DNA of 16,821 nucleotides from a virus (Duplodnaviria; Heunggongvirae; Uroviricota; Caudoviricetes): IMG/VR virus record IMGVR_UViG_2713896784_000031; one strand, 5' to 3'. Shown piece by piece: positions 16,512 to 16,821 of this stretch (position 1 is its first letter; each line of letters starts with the position of its first letter). The notes under the pieces were generated by a model. It saw only the letters and a program-made list of their open reading frames with translations, ran no database searches and was not told where the DNA came from. The position numbers and the translations under genes were made by a program.

Positions 16512-16821
16512 ATGACATTTAAACATTATGATGTTGTCAGGGCGGCGTCGCCGTCAGACCTTGCNNNNNNNNNNNNNNNNNNNNNNNNNNNNNNNNNNNN
16601 NNNNNNNNNNNNNNGCGGCGTCGCCGTCAGACCTTGCGGAAAAGCTGACACACAAACTGAAAGAGGGCTGGCAGCCGTTTGGTAGTCCGGTGGCCATAAC
16701 CCCTTATACCCTGATGCAGGCGATTACAGCAGAAGGTGATGTGGTGGTCAGTGGTGCAACTGAGCCGGATTGGTACTACGTCATCGTACTGGCCGGGCAG
16801 TCCAATGCCATGGCTTACGGT
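16512..16821 (+). CDS. 5' part of a DUF1737 plus SGNH/sialate-O-acetylesterase-like (NanS-p-type) prophage gene; partial, runs off the window, interrupted by an N-run
   Basis: GGGAGGAA ribosome-binding site before ATG 16512; MTFKHYDVVRAASPSDLA...EKLTHKLKEGWQPFGSPVAI...VIVLAGQSNAMAYG ends in the GQSN esterase block; lambdoid position between Q and the lysis genes. Confidence 0.6.
16565..16614. other. Run of 50 N flanked by an exact 23-bp direct duplication
   Basis: gcggcgtcgccgtcagaccttgc occurs at 16542-16564 and again at 16615-16637. Confidence 0.95.

Noticed and set aside
1-16821. CRISPR arrays, IS elements or transposase genes
   Set aside because: No regularly spaced direct repeats and no transposase-like ORFs or terminal inverted repeats were seen anywhere in the window.

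Overview
This window is the early (left) arm of a Rac-like lambdoid prophage of an Enterobacteriaceae host, read from the integrase stop codon (position 1) to just past the Q antiterminator. The minus strand carries the recombination module (int, xis-like, ydaC-like, lar/ralR, recT, recE, ydaE, kilR, an Rha-family gene). A divergent immunity switch follows (HTH repressor on minus, Cro-like and CII-like YdaT on plus), then the replication genes (ydaU-like, DnaC-like ydaV) and nin-like genes, a DUF1367 gene, a YbcO-like nuclease, Q, a tRNA-like element, and the 5' end of a DUF1737/esterase gene. The most interesting feature is an AT-rich two-gene cargo cassette (11974-13732) inserted between the replication and Q modules: an unrecognisable 216-aa protein translationally overlapping a 373-aa XRE-HTH plus HEXXH metallopeptidase fusion, which I propose as a candidate toxin-antitoxin-like or anti-phage module. 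Four N-runs (3813-3873, 13844-13893, 16162-16211, 16565-16614) are gaps or masks; the last is flanked by an exact 23-bp duplication. All product names come from my recall of protein families and motifs visible in the translations; no database search was run.
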